From contig CAVSSA010000012.1 of assembly GCA_963730515.1 (NCBI GenBank), positions 111,797 to 175,796 of the forward strand: a DNA stretch of 64,000 nt. Reading direction: 5' to 3'. A program made the position numbers and the translations under genes. Under the pieces are notes generated by a model. That model did no database searches. It saw only the letters and a program-made list of their open reading frames with translations, and had not been told where the DNA came from. Shown piece after piece: positions 28,991 to 39,489 of this stretch (positions within the stretch are counted from its first letter, which is position 1; every line of letters starts with the position of its first letter). The DNA comes from an uncultured Acidobacteriota bacterium (GTDB lineage: Bacteria; Acidobacteriota; Terriglobia; UBA7540).

Positions 28991-29804
28991 TCCGCAAGGA
29001 CCCGATTTCTCTCCCATCTCCTTTCTTTTCTGAAACATTCTCGCTTCGCGATGGTAACTAGCTTATTTATCATACACATTCCCGCTTGGCGGGGAATTGG
29101 GCCAAATGGGGTTTTGCACCGTGTTTGTTTTCAGATACATTCCCGGTAATCCCTTCATTTTTGACGTATGATTTTCATACACTTTATAGCCTACTTACTG
29201 TTTTGACAACTCCCATTTTTTCAATGACTTGATTTTTCACAAAAGCAATCCCTATGTCCGTCATTTTTCGCTAACCTACTTTATTTTCTTGAACATTCTG
29301 GCCTTCAACGGAGTTTCCGGAGGATTCCCCCTCGTCGGCCGGGCGTTTGACTTCGATTCCTGACCCGATAAGTGGAAGTCCAAGGCCTGCGCGGCCCTTC
29401 GGGTAAGGTCCAGGCAGGCGCGAGGACGGGTTCAAACTCAGCCCGGGGGTGAACGGTTGTCTTTTCCGCGGCAGGTTCGCCGGGCGCCGGCCCGCCCCCC
29501 AGTATACCACCAAGCCTAGATGTGTCGAGAGGAAATTGAGCCTACACCGTAAAACCTACAATGTGGACAAAACGCCGCCCCGCCCCGGCATATTCAGACC
29601 GCAGCGTGCCTCCGGTTTTGGTCCGCGGCTCCTGCCGCGAATTCCAGGCTCACCGCGCGATGCAGGGGTGGGATTTGTGATTATTGCCCGCAAAGAGCCG
29701 CGGCCCCCAATACGGGGGTCCGCGTTACGCGCCTTGCGGCGCGGAGGGGTTTTCGGTTTTGCATTTTGCGCTTTGCCTTTTGACTTGCTTTTCCAGCCCC
29801 GACG

Positions 29805-30878
29805 CTACCCCTCGCCCATCCAGGCGCCGTAGGGCTTGAGGGCCTCGATGTTGTCGCATACGGCCTTGATGGCGGCGGTGATGGGCACGGCCAGGATCAG
29901 CCCGAACCCTCCCCACAGCCATGCCCAGAACATCATGGAGATAGTCACGGAGAGCGCATTCAGATTGACGCGTTGGCCCACCAGCTTGGGCGTGAGGACG
30001 TTGACCGCCACGAAATGGACCAGCATGACGGCGATGGCGATGGTAATGAACGGGCCCGTCGTTTCGTATTGCATCAGCGCGATCAGCAAGGGGGGAAGAA
30101 CTCCCAGCGCCACGCCGATATAGGGAATCAGGCTGAGAAACGCGGAGAGGGGGCCCAGCAACAAGGCGTATGGAAGATGGATGATGGCAAAAACCGGGGT
30201 GATGAGGGCGGCGGAAATGAGGCCGACGAACAGGTTTCCCACCACAAATTGCCGCATCATGCTGGCGATGGCGTGAATCACTTCTTCCGCCTGCTGGCGC
30301 CGATCGATGGGAAAGAGGTTGAGCGATGCCGCCCACATCTGGTTCTTCGAAGTGAGCATGAAGAACACCAGAAAGGGGATAAACATCACGGTGACGGTGA
30401 AGGCATAAACCGATCCGATGCCCCGCAGCAGGAATTGCGAATAGGGGGATTCCTGCTGCAAGCGCACGGTCGGCATGGTCGGTTCCGAGGAGGACGGCAG
30501 GATGGTCCGCGTGCTCTGCTGGATGCTGTTGGCCGTCACCTGCAGGTGCTCGGTAATCTGTTTCAGCCGGTTGACGATGCGGGGCATGGCCACCAGGAGG
30601 GCCTGGGTGCGGTCGTAGATTGCATAGATCGCGAGGTAGGCGACGGTGAGCATCAGCAGCACCATAATCAGCGAAGCCAGCCAGCGCGGCATGCGAAACC
30701 GCTCCATCAGCTTCACTCCTGGGTCTAGGACCGCGGCAATCAGGATGGAACAAATCAAGGTGATGACCACCGAGCTCGCAAAGTAGAAACAACCAAAGAG
30801 AATTGCGATGGCAATGATCTTCACGCTGGCCGAAGTGGAGCTTACGGAAGCGGGAATCTCCGTTTGGCGATCAGGCAT
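29805..30878 (-). CDS. AI-2E family transporter (PerM/UPF0118)
   Basis: 357 aa, multi-TM. FLSLIPYIGVALGVLPPLLIAL and FWAWLWGGFGLILAVPITA are typical of the family. Confidence 0.8.
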   Translation of the reverse strand: MPDRQTEIPASVSSTSASVKIIAIAILFGCFYFASSVVITLICSILIAAVLDPGVKLMERFRMPRWLASLIMVLLMLTVAYLAIYAIYDRTQALLVAMPRIVNRLKQITEHLQVTANSIQQSTRTILPSSSEPTMPTVRLQQESPYSQFLLRGIGSVYAFTVTVMFIPFLVFFMLTSKNQMWAASLNLFPIDRRQQAEEVIHAIASMMRQFVVGNLFVGLISAALITPVFAIIHLPYALLLGPLSAFLSLIPYIGVALGVLPPLLIALMQYETTGPFITIAIAVMLVHFVAVNVLTPKLVGQRVNLNALSVTISMMFWAWLWGGFGLILAVPITAAIKAVCDNIEALKPYGAWMGEG

Positions 30879-31185
30879 GCAGTGCGTCCTCTCAAGGGAT
30901 TCTAGCTTGCCGCGCCGGGAATAGCCAGAAAAGAGCTATACTGCCAAAGCCACCGGTAGCGTCCTGACTTGCGACGTAGCGTCGTTGTTGAGCCCGGCAT
31001 GTGCCGACCTCAAGGGCGGCGCTACATTCAAGTCATGACGCCGCCAAACCGCTGCTTCATTTCGGGGCGCGGAGATACACATAGTATAATAGTTGTTTTG
31101 AATTTCCGCGCCCTGCGCTGCTCTTCGTTACGGACAGGGGAAACAGGAGGAAAGGCGACGGTTCACCACGGCGCCTCAAGGACTC

Positions 31186-32988
31186 ATGAAATTTTCTCGC
31201 CGCAATTGGCTGGGTTCGACAGGAATACTTCTGGGGGCAGGAATGCTCGATGCGCTCGCCACACCGCTGTGGCGTTGGAGGGGGACTCCCGTGCTCCAGG
31301 CGGCCCCCCTGCCGCAGCCGGATAGTGCTTCGCCGGTCACTTTCGTGGATGTGGGGCGCGAGGCCGGCCTAAACGTTTCAAACGTCTGGGGCGGCGTCAA
31401 GCACAAGAACTACATTATTGAAGCCAAGGGCAGCGGGCTGGCGTTTTTCGATTACGACCAGGATGGCTGGCTGGACATCTACCTGACCAACGGCCTGCGC
31501 CTGCCTAACGAAGAACCCTATCCCGATGGCAAGACGCCCACTCAACACCTTTTCAAGAACAACCGCGACGGCACGTTCACGGACGTGACGGAAAAATCCG
31601 GCCTGGGCCTCACCGGATGGGGCACCGGAGTTTGCGTGGGCGACTATGACAACGACGGATGGGATGACCTGTTTTGCGGGTATTGGGGCCACAACGTGCT
31701 ATGGCACAACAACGGCGACGGCACTTTCACCGATGTGACCAAAAAGGCGGGCCTCTGGGAGGACCGCATCCGCTGGGGCTCCGGGTGCACCTGGCTGGAT
31801 TACGACCGCGACGGGTTCCTTGACCTGTTTGTGTGCAACTACATCGACCTGGACCTGAAGAAAGTGCCCATCCCCGGGCAGACCGCCTACTGCCAATGGA
31901 AGGGCGTCCCGGTGATGTGCGGTCCGCGCGGCCTGCCGGGCGGCTATAACATCCTCTACCATAACAACGGCAATGGAACGTTTACCGATGTCTCGGAGAA
32001 GGCGGGGATTCTGAAGCCCGGGCGTCGTTACGCGATCACCGGGGTCTCCTACGATTTCGATAACGACGGCTGGCCGGATATCTATGTGGCGGTGGATTCC
32101 GAACCCAGCATCCTCTATCACAACAAACACAACGGGACGTTCGAAGATATCGCCGTGATGGCCGGGTGCGCTTACAACGAAGACGGGCAGGAGCAAGCCG
32201 GCATGGGCGTGGGCGTGGGCGATTATGACTGCGACGGCTGGCTGGATATCATCAAAACCAACTTCACGGACGACACTCCCGACCTCTATCACAACAACGG
32301 CGATGGGACGTTCGCCGATGTGACTTTTGTTTCCGGCCTGGGCGTCAATACGCAATACGTTTGCTGGGGCACCGGCTTCACAGATTACGACAACGATGGC
32401 TGGAAAGATATCTTCTACGCCACCGGCCACGTTTATCCGCAAATTGAGGAATATCATCTGGGCGGGACTTTCACCTCTCCACGCATCGTCTATCGCAACC
32501 TGGGAAATGGAAAATTCGAAGACGTATCAAAAGAACTCGGCCCGGGGGTGAATGCGAAATTTTCCAGCCGCGGCTGCGCCTTCGGGGATTACGACAACGA
32601 CGGCGACATTGATGTGCTGATCCTGAACATGAATGACTACCCATCGCTGCTGCGCAACGATGGGGGAAACAAGAATAATTGGATCACCATCAAATTGCTG
32701 GGCACTCATTGCAACCGCACGGCCATTGGCGCCCGCGTCCGCGTGGTGAATGGGAAACATGCCCAAATCGACGAGGTTCACAGCGGCACCAGCGTCATGT
32801 CGCAGAGCGACCTGCGCCTCAGCTTCGGTCTAGGGTCGCTTGCGAAGGTGGATTTGATCGAGGTCACCTGGCCCACCACGCGCAAGGTGGAGCGTTTCAC
32901 CCAGATCGACGCAAATCAGTTCCTGACCATCAAGGAAGGCGCAGGAATCGTCGGCCGCCAACAACCCAACCGCCTCGCCAAACGCTGA
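31186..32988 (+). CDS. CRTAC1-family protein (FG-GAP/VCBS repeats plus ASPIC/UnbV domain) with a Tat-like signal
   Basis: SRRNWL twin-arginine motif. Repeated DYD.DGW.D.. FG-GAP calcium-binding loops. C-terminal UnbV/ASPIC motif NRTAIGARVRV...Q..EV.SG.S..SQSDLRL.FGLG. Confidence 0.85.
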   Translation: MKFSRRNWLGSTGILLGAGMLDALATPLWRWRGTPVLQAAPLPQPDSASPVTFVDVGREAGLNVSNVWGGVKHKNYIIEAKGSGLAFFDYDQDGWLDIYLTNGLRLPNEEPYPDGKTPTQHLFKNNRDGTFTDVTEKSGLGLTGWGTGVCVGDYDNDGWDDLFCGYWGHNVLWHNNGDGTFTDVTKKAGLWEDRIRWGSGCTWLDYDRDGFLDLFVCNYIDLDLKKVPIPGQTAYCQWKGVPVMCGPRGLPGGYNILYHNNGNGTFTDVSEKAGILKPGRRYAITGVSYDFDNDGWPDIYVAVDSEPSILYHNKHNGTFEDIAVMAGCAYNEDGQEQAGMGVGVGDYDCDGWLDIIKTNFTDDTPDLYHNNGDGTFADVTFVSGLGVNTQYVCWGTGFTDYDNDGWKDIFYATGHVYPQIEEYHLGGTFTSPRIVYRNLGNGKFEDVSKELGPGVNAKFSSRGCAFGDYDNDGDIDVLILNMNDYPSLLRNDGGNKNNWITIKLLGTHCNRTAIGARVRVVNGKHAQIDEVHSGTSVMSQSDLRLSFGLGSLAKVDLIEVTWPTTRKVERFTQIDANQFLTIKEGAGIVGRQQPNRLAKR

Positions 32989-32997
32989 TGGAGCGCG

Positions 32998-34497
32998 CTA
33001 CGACCCGTACTTCTTTACGACGTAGTTGCCCACCTCTTGTTCGAAGGCGGGATAATTCATGCGCAATTCATTTTGCAGCACCGTGCTGAAATCCGCGGTG
33101 GGCATTTGCCGCAGGATTCGCCGCACTTCCCCCATGCCGAAAACGTCGCGCAGGTATTCGAGCGCAGCGAGTGACTTGGCATAGGCCAGGACCGCCTGAT
33201 CGGAGGGCAGATTCACAAAAGTTCCCTCCAGCGAAGCGTAGGGAGGTATTTTCCCGGCGGCCAGGGCTTGGGCCAACTGGCTTCCCAGCCCGGCGCTGCT
33301 GGAGCCCTCCTCAAGCTGCGCCAGTCCCTCGTTAAACCAGACCGGGCAATGGCCCAGCGTAATCAGGCGGACAAAAGAATGGGTCAGTTCATGCTTCAGC
33401 ACGCGCGCGAGATCGGGGGTCGTTTGCGTCAAACCGGAAACCGGGATGCGAATCTTCCCGTCATTCAGCGCGCCCACCCAGCCGGGAGTACGGGTGATGT
33501 CGCGGAAAGCCTGATTCGGATAGAGAATTACCACGACGGCTTCGGTGGGGGCGTAATCGAGGTCGAGCACCAGGTCTTGATAAGAGCCTTCGAGACTGTT
33601 CAAGATTTCGCCGCTCAGCTTTTCGTTTTGCTGGCCATCGTAGCGCAGCAGGAAGTGCTCGCTGCGCAATTCCGCATAGGAGCCGGAAACGTCCCGTTCG
33701 CGCTCGGCTCTCGACACCGCTTCCCGCAGCTTGGCGTTGTCGCCCAGGGCCAGCGCCTTGTTCCACTCAGCAATGGCTTGATCAAGATTCTCCATCCCGT
33801 AGTAAGACGAACCCAATAGCACAAGAAAGTCGGGCGTCTGGGGATGACGGTCCGCCTCGGGCAGCAGCAAATCGACTGCTTCCAAGTAGTGCTCCTGCTT
33901 CCACAACAAATAACCAAGCGCCAGCGTCAAGCCGGATTCGTGCGGGAGTAACTTGATCGCCTCGCGATATTTCTGAATCGCCGCTTCCGGGTCGCCCTTG
34001 TGGGTCAGGAAAACCGCCGCTTCCTGGTAGCCCTCCTTGAGTTTTCGAAGGTTCTCGGGCGTGGGATTGTGGACAGCGTCGTCCGTCAAGTGGGTGAGAT
34101 AGGCCTCGTCTACCACATCGTCGTGAATGACCGCCGAACCCTGCTCCAGCGTAGGATCGGGGGGCGGGGTGAGCGGCAGGGGGACATCGCGATGGGGCTG
34201 GGTGGATTCCTCTCCGGGCCCGACCTTCGCGGCATCCGACTTTTCAACGTGGTCCACCATGGACTTGGGAACCGCGAAATCCCCACCGTCAGCTTCATAG
34301 TAGATTTGCTTCTCATCCTCTTTGGTGACTTGCGCAATAATCTTATGCCCGTTTTTCAGGTAAATGACATCGGCAGCCAGTAGGGCGGGAAACAGGAGGG
34401 TGACGCACAAGAGCATCCACATGCATGCGGACTTGCCCTGGGGCACGCGATGTTTGCGAATTGCGGAGAACCCTGCCATCCCGCTCGCATCATACAA
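32998..34497 (-). CDS. TPR-repeat protein with a C-terminal peptidase-MA-like (HExxH) domain
   Basis: TPR-like helices in the middle. LKHELTHSF (HExxH) plus WFNEGLAQLEEG in the C-terminal part. The exact start is uncertain; internal Met codons precede a signal-like segment. Confidence 0.65.
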   Translation of the reverse strand: MYDASGMAGFSAIRKHRVPQGKSACMWMLLCVTLLFPALLAADVIYLKNGHKIIAQVTKEDEKQIYYEADGGDFAVPKSMVDHVEKSDAAKVGPGEESTQPHRDVPLPLTPPPDPTLEQGSAVIHDDVVDEAYLTHLTDDAVHNPTPENLRKLKEGYQEAAVFLTHKGDPEAAIQKYREAIKLLPHESGLTLALGYLLWKQEHYLEAVDLLLPEADRHPQTPDFLVLLGSSYYGMENLDQAIAEWNKALALGDNAKLREAVSRAERERDVSGSYAELRSEHFLLRYDGQQNEKLSGEILNSLEGSYQDLVLDLDYAPTEAVVVILYPNQAFRDITRTPGWVGALNDGKIRIPVSGLTQTTPDLARVLKHELTHSFVRLITLGHCPVWFNEGLAQLEEGSSSAGLGSQLAQALAAGKIPPYASLEGTFVNLPSDQAVLAYAKSLAALEYLRDVFGMGEVRRILRQMPTADFSTVLQNELRMNYPAFEQEVGNYVVKKYGS

Positions 34498-34562
34498 CAG
34501 GGCTTCGCAATCCGTCGAGTTGAGGCCGGCGCTTCCGCGTTAAAGTATGCCAGGGGATTCGC

Positions 34563-37049
34563 ATGGGGAGCGAGAGGAGATCCGCGAGAATTTCGCCGGG
34601 GCAGATCCGCCGGTTGGGCATCAACCTCGCACTGCCCGCCTTGTGGATTCTCGCCTGCACACTTCAGGCCTTCCCCACCACTGCGCCTCAGCCCCCCGAA
34701 CCGCTCGAATTGCTCAGGCAGTTGAACAGCCTTGGCCTCGACCCCACCCGCGTCTACGTGATTCGCGATGCCCATATAACGCGCTCCCGTATGAGTCTTT
34801 ATTTCAATCGCGGCTTCATTGCTTTCGTGACGCCGGTCGACGGCGAGGTCACCGGCGCCGTCTTCTGGGGCGAAGGCGAAATTTTGATGATTCCACCCAG
34901 CCGGGCGGAGAAGCGCAACCTGGCGCAGTTCACGCGATCTCCCATCCTGGAGGAGAAATTCGATTCCGCTTACCTGCGCTTCACGGACCAGACTGCAAAG
35001 GAATTGCTGACGGCGTCGCGGCCTCCCGACCCCGATGATCCAGAGCAGCCCGGCCCCGTTGTGGAAGAGTGGGCTAAAGTGTCGCCGGCGCTGAATTTTG
35101 AAACCTCCATTCGCATCCTCACGGATCTGGTCGGCGACCGCCGCCATCCTTACTTCTACGCCCGCCTGAATGGGGAGAGCCTGGGAATGTTTGACGTGGT
35201 GGATGATGAGCGCCAGCCCGAGGCCTTCTCCATCTCCGCATTTCACAAGGCCGGTTCCCAAACCTTCACGGATATCTGGTGTTCCTTCCCCACACAAGGG
35301 ATGCTGGCCAAATCGGCCGCGCCGGCGGAGGGGGTGGCAAGGGCGCTGGCATATACCCTGGATATTCGCATTCTTCCTGACCACAGTTTGGAGGGCCGGG
35401 CGGCGATTCAGCTTGAATCCCTTTCGGCGCAGGATCGCGTCGTCTCTTTTGGACTCTCACGCTGGCTCACGGTTACGGCAGTCGAAGACGATCACGGGTC
35501 AAACATCCCCGTAATCGGGGGACAGCCTCCGGAGGGACGCCCGGCGGAGGGGCGCGCTAACGATCACGTGGAAGTGGTGCTCCCCCGCCCCATCGGCAAG
35601 CGCTTTGGTTTGATCTTCAAGTACCACGGCAACGTTATCGCCGACGTCGGCAACGGCGTGCTGTTCGTGGGTGAGCGGGAAAATTGGTATCCCAACATCG
35701 ATCTCGGCTTTCCCAGCCAGTACGACATGACTTTTCACTACCCTCGCAAACTGGTGCTGGTGGCCACCGGCGCCCGCGTCGAGGAGAAAACGTCTGACGA
35801 GGCGGCGGAGGGCCGCTGGCGTTCCGATGGCGTCTTCCGCATGGCCGGCTTTAACTTGGGCCCCTACATTTCTGTGGAGCGGCACGTGGGGACGACCCTG
35901 ATTACGGTTTATGCCACACGGGAAGCTGAAGCCGCATTGGAGGAGCGGCATGATGGGAGGCAGGGGCTCTCCTGGCGTGGTTCCGAAGCGCTGCGGGCCG
36001 TGATCAACCCCCTCAACGTGGCCCCGGCGCCTCTTTCGCCCTCTGAACTCCTGGGCAATGTCGCTGACACCGCCTCACAGGCGGTGCAATATTATGCCGG
36101 CCTGTTCGGCCCCTACCCGTATCCGCGCCTGGCGATCTCACAAGCGCCGGGAAGCTATGGGCAGGGGTGGCCGGAACTCGTGTATCTCTCCACTCTTTCC
36201 TTCCTTCCCAAAACCCAACGCTCCGAGTTGGGCTTGAACCGGAAAGGCGGCGACCCGATGGGACCGGGCATCATCGCGCATGAGATTGCTCATCAATGGT
36301 GGGGAAATCTTCTGGGTTGGCAGACTTATCACGACCAGTGGCTCTCGGAAGGCCTCGCCAATTATGCGGCGGCCCTTTTCGTGGAGCAGGGCAAGGACGG
36401 AAGCCGCCAGTTCCGCGACTTGCTGCATTTCTACAAGGACGATTTGCTGGCCAAAACCAGTGACCGCGGGACCGTGGAATCAGGCGGCCCCATCTGGCTT
36501 GGGCAGAGGCTTTCCAGTTCGCTCGACCCCGAGGGATATTCCAACATCGTTTACAAAAAGGCTTGTTGGGTTCTCAACATGCTGCGTGGATTAATGACCG
36601 ATCCCAAAACGGGCTCAGACGCCCGCTTCTTCCACATGCTGCGCGATTTCGTTACGCGGTATCAGGGCCAGTCCGTTTCCACCGAAGATTTCATTCGCCA
36701 CGCGGAAAGGTATATGACCCCGGAAAGCGACCTCGAACACGACCACAAGCTCGATTGGTTCTTTAATGAATGGGTCTACGACACGGGAATTCCGGAATAC
36801 ACCCTCAAGACAGAAGTCCGCGCCAGTGCCACCGGCCAATACGCTGTAAAAGGAACCATTACCCAGAGCGGCGTTCCCGAGGATTTTGAGATGCCGGTTC
36901 GCGTGGTGGCCCTTTACGCCGGCAACAAGCGGACCACGCTGGGACAGGTGGTGGTGGGCAAGGGTGGAGCGCAATTCAAATTCACCGCGCCGCACAGGCC
37001 CCTGCGCGTGATGATTGATGAAGATAATTTGCTGGCCGTGGTGCACTAA
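34563..37049 (+). CDS. M1-family metallopeptidase (aminopeptidase N-like)
   Basis: HEIAHQWWGN followed by WLSEGLANY, which is the gluzincin M1 signature HExxH-X18-E. Confidence 0.85.
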   Translation: MGSERRSARISPGQIRRLGINLALPALWILACTLQAFPTTAPQPPEPLELLRQLNSLGLDPTRVYVIRDAHITRSRMSLYFNRGFIAFVTPVDGEVTGAVFWGEGEILMIPPSRAEKRNLAQFTRSPILEEKFDSAYLRFTDQTAKELLTASRPPDPDDPEQPGPVVEEWAKVSPALNFETSIRILTDLVGDRRHPYFYARLNGESLGMFDVVDDERQPEAFSISAFHKAGSQTFTDIWCSFPTQGMLAKSAAPAEGVARALAYTLDIRILPDHSLEGRAAIQLESLSAQDRVVSFGLSRWLTVTAVEDDHGSNIPVIGGQPPEGRPAEGRANDHVEVVLPRPIGKRFGLIFKYHGNVIADVGNGVLFVGERENWYPNIDLGFPSQYDMTFHYPRKLVLVATGARVEEKTSDEAAEGRWRSDGVFRMAGFNLGPYISVERHVGTTLITVYATREAEAALEERHDGRQGLSWRGSEALRAVINPLNVAPAPLSPSELLGNVADTASQAVQYYAGLFGPYPYPRLAISQAPGSYGQGWPELVYLSTLSFLPKTQRSELGLNRKGGDPMGPGIIAHEIAHQWWGNLLGWQTYHDQWLSEGLANYAAALFVEQGKDGSRQFRDLLHFYKDDLLAKTSDRGTVESGGPIWLGQRLSSSLDPEGYSNIVYKKACWVLNMLRGLMTDPKTGSDARFFHMLRDFVTRYQGQSVSTEDFIRHAERYMTPESDLEHDHKLDWFFNEWVYDTGIPEYTLKTEVRASATGQYAVKGTITQSGVPEDFEMPVRVVALYAGNKRTTLGQVVVGKGGAQFKFTAPHRPLRVMIDEDNLLAVVH

Positions 37050-37118
37050 CTTGAATCCCCGATTGCTGGGACCACACTAATGGAGCTTTGAATCCAAAAT
37101 CGAAAATCCAAAATGCCA

Positions 37119-37466
37119 TTATCCTGGCGGCCAGTGAAGCGGGCGGCCCCCCAGCACGTGGACATGCAGGTGAAACACCGATTGCCCCGCCCCCGGGCCG
37201 TTGTTGATTACGGTGCGATAGCCCCGCGATTCCAGTCCCCGCTCCCGGGCCAGTTGCGCCGCCACAAGAAGAAGGTGGCCGAGCAATGCCTCGTCCTCAA
37301 CGCGGGCTTCCTCAAGCGAAGGGAGGTGCTGGCGCGGAATCACCAGCAGGTGGACGGGCGCTTGCGGATGAATGTCCTGGATCGCCACGGCCTGCTCGTC
37401 CTCATGAACGAATTTGGCGGGAACCTTGCGGTCGATGATCCGGCAGAAGAGGCAGTCCTCCATCAA
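37119..37466 (-). CDS. HIT-family (histidine triad) nucleotide-binding protein
   Basis: 115 aa. CLFCRII...VPA and the HLHVHVLGG triad. Confidence 0.9.
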   Translation of the reverse strand: MMEDCLFCRIIDRKVPAKFVHEDEQAVAIQDIHPQAPVHLLVIPRQHLPSLEEARVEDEALLGHLLLVAAQLARERGLESRGYRTVINNGPGAGQSVFHLHVHVLGGRPLHWPPG

Positions 37467-38170
37467 TTCATCCTGACGACAAAGGTGGCGGTGGCAAGAC
37501 TGGCGTTGCGAAGCTTTACGGCCAAATCGTAAGCCGCGCTTTCAGATCTCTCATGGCCCACGCGCACGCGGTAGAAGAGGCCGTCGCCGCGGTCGAAACT
37601 CTCGATCACCACCGGTCCGAAGCTGGCCTCAATCAGGGCCTTCAAGCGGCCGGCATTGGCGGGATCGCGAAATGCGCCCACCTGCACGGCAAAGACGCCG
37701 GGCTCAGCCGTCGAGCCGAGTCCCAGGATTTCGAGGCGCACCCTGGCGATGCCATTCATCCCCATAGCCTGCGCTGCGGCGTAAGAAAGATCAATAATCC
37801 GCCCCTCCACAAACGGCCCGCGATCATTGATGCGCACGGTCACGTCGCGGCCGTTCTCGAGGTCGTGGACGCGCACCTGGGTGCCAAAGGGCAGGGTGCG
37901 ATGCGCTGCTGTCATGTCATACATGTTGTAAATCTCGCCGCTTGCCGAGCGCCGCCCGTGATAGGGGTGGCCGTACCACGAAGCGATGCCTTCTTCACCT
38001 TGCACTCTGGGCGCAGCGGGCGGCGGGGGCGTTCGATGCGGAGATGGAGCGGCCGGTTTGGGGTGATGCAGGCAGCCCGTCGCACAGAAAAGCGCCACCA
38101 TCGCCACACTGATGCGGGCGGCGGCAGAGTGCCATCTTGCGGGCGGCGAATCCGGAGATTGACGCAGCAC
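37463..38170 (-). CDS. rlpA: Septal ring lytic transglycosylase RlpA with a C-terminal SPOR domain
   Basis: GIASWYG...GRRSASGEIYNMYDMTAAHRTLPFGTQVRVHDL..RINDRGP (DPBB), then a SPOR-like FAVQVGAF...A..L segment. GTG start. Confidence 0.85.
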   Translation of the reverse strand: MLRQSPDSPPARWHSAAARISVAMVALFCATGCLHHPKPAAPSPHRTPPPPAAPRVQGEEGIASWYGHPYHGRRSASGEIYNMYDMTAAHRTLPFGTQVRVHDLENGRDVTVRINDRGPFVEGRIIDLSYAAAQAMGMNGIARVRLEILGLGSTAEPGVFAVQVGAFRDPANAGRLKALIEASFGPVVIESFDRGDGLFYRVRVGHERSESAAYDLAVKLRNASLATATFVVRMN

Positions 38171-38306
38171 GAAGGTCAGGGTTTTGCCTCTTCTTTTTCC
38201 AATCGCTCTGCCATTTTCGTCAGGCGGTCGGCGGACTTTCTGAGGAACTCCGCCGTCTCCTTGCGAGTTTGGGGACGGATTTCGTTATTGAGATATTTCC
38301 GTAGTA

Positions 38307-39489
38307 CATCGTTCGTAAAGTTCCTTGTAATATTCTCAGCGATATGTTAGAGTCATGGGCATGCCGAGAGTCGCACCCACGATCACCTTGAATTCTGTGA
38401 CGGAGTCCGCATTGCAACACTTGGTTCGATCTCCTTCAACGCCGCAGGGCCTGGCCGCGCGTGCCCGCATTGTGCTGGGGGCGGCTGCGCAGCAGTCTAA
38501 CCAGGAGATTGCCCTCGCTCTGGGAATGCCCCAAGTCACGGTGGGAAAGTGGCGGCGCTGCTTTGTGGAAAGGGGTTTGGACGGATTGCAGGACGCCCCG
38601 CGGTCCGGTCGCCCCCGTCAACACGACCGTGAAACCTGGCAACGGGTGCAAACCCGCGTCTGCCAGCAGCCGGAGTTTCAGAGCCGCTGGAGCGTGCGGA
38701 CGCTGGCAAAAGACCTGCACTTGCCCAGCACGACGGTGCACGAAATTCTGGCGGCCTCCCGGCTGCAGCCGCATCGTCTCCGGACGTTCACCTTCAGCCA
38801 CGACCCCGACTTCGAAGCCAAGCTGCTGGATATTGTGGGACTGTATTTGCACCCTCCCGAAAACGCCTTGGTCTTGTGCGTGGACGAAAAAACGGGAATC
38901 CAAGCTCTCGACCGCACCCAGCCCCTGCTGCCGCTCAGCGCCAAGAAGCCGCGGAGTTGGACCAACGAATACGTCCGCCATGGCACCCAGGCGCTCCTGG
39001 CCGCGCTGGAGATCGCTACCGGCAAGGTCATGGCCCATGTTAAGCAGCGCCGGACCTCGGTGAACTTCCTGCACTTTATGGACGAGGTGGCGGCCGCTTT
39101 TCCTGACCGCGACCTTCACGTCGTCCTGGATAACCTGAACATTCACAAAAATGATGCCGCGCAGCGATGGTTGGAGCGCCACCCACGCGTGCACTTCCAC
39201 CCTACGCCCACCCACGCCTCCTGGGTGAATCTGGTGGAATGCTTCTTCAGCATCCTCAGCAAGCGCGGTTTGGCGCAAAGTGTTCATCATTCGAAAAAGC
39301 AGCTTAAGGACTTTCTACTGAAATTCCTTACTCACTACAACGATTCCTGTCAGCCCTTCGTGTGGACGAAGGGACCGGAAAAACTCCAGCGGATCATCGA
39401 AGCCACCCAGCAGTACCAAGCTGAACATCCGCCCAAACGAAAACGCCGACAGCCGCGGAGTAATAATATAAAATACTAATCGAACGATG
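38307..39489 (+). mobile_element. IS630-family insertion sequence (about 1.18 kb) with a TA target duplication
   Basis: Ends are CATCGTTCG... and ...CGAACGATG (9-bp perfect inverted repeats). TA at 38305-06 and 39490-91. A single intact transposase ORF lies inside. Confidence 0.8.
38355..39479 (+). CDS. IS630-family transposase (intact, 374 aa)
   Basis: N-terminal HTH (NQEIALALGMPQVTVGKWRRCF), DDE domain (VLCVDEKTGIQAL ... VVLDNLNIHK ... HFHPTPTHASWVNLVECFF). Confidence 0.9.
   Translation: MGMPRVAPTITLNSVTESALQHLVRSPSTPQGLAARARIVLGAAAQQSNQEIALALGMPQVTVGKWRRCFVERGLDGLQDAPRSGRPRQHDRETWQRVQTRVCQQPEFQSRWSVRTLAKDLHLPSTTVHEILAASRLQPHRLRTFTFSHDPDFEAKLLDIVGLYLHPPENALVLCVDEKTGIQALDRTQPLLPLSAKKPRSWTNEYVRHGTQALLAALEIATGKVMAHVKQRRTSVNFLHFMDEVAAAFPDRDLHVVLDNLNIHKNDAAQRWLERHPRVHFHPTPTHASWVNLVECFFSILSKRGLAQSVHHSKKQLKDFLLKFLTHYNDSCQPFVWTKGPEKLQRIIEATQQYQAEHPPKRKRRQPRSNNIKY

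Noticed and set aside
29290-29560. Possible tmRNA, tRNA-like, SRP or RNase P RNA, prompted by GGGTTCAAAC and ...CCACCA-like strings.
   Set aside because: No T-arm pairing, no acceptor stem, and none of the conserved cores (GGAAGCAGCC, GAGGAAAGUCCGG) are present on either strand.
31062-31090. TATAAT at 31085-31090 as the promoter for the CRTAC1-family gene.
   Set aside because: No acceptable -35 lies at 16-18 nt spacing, so it is too weak to report as a feature.
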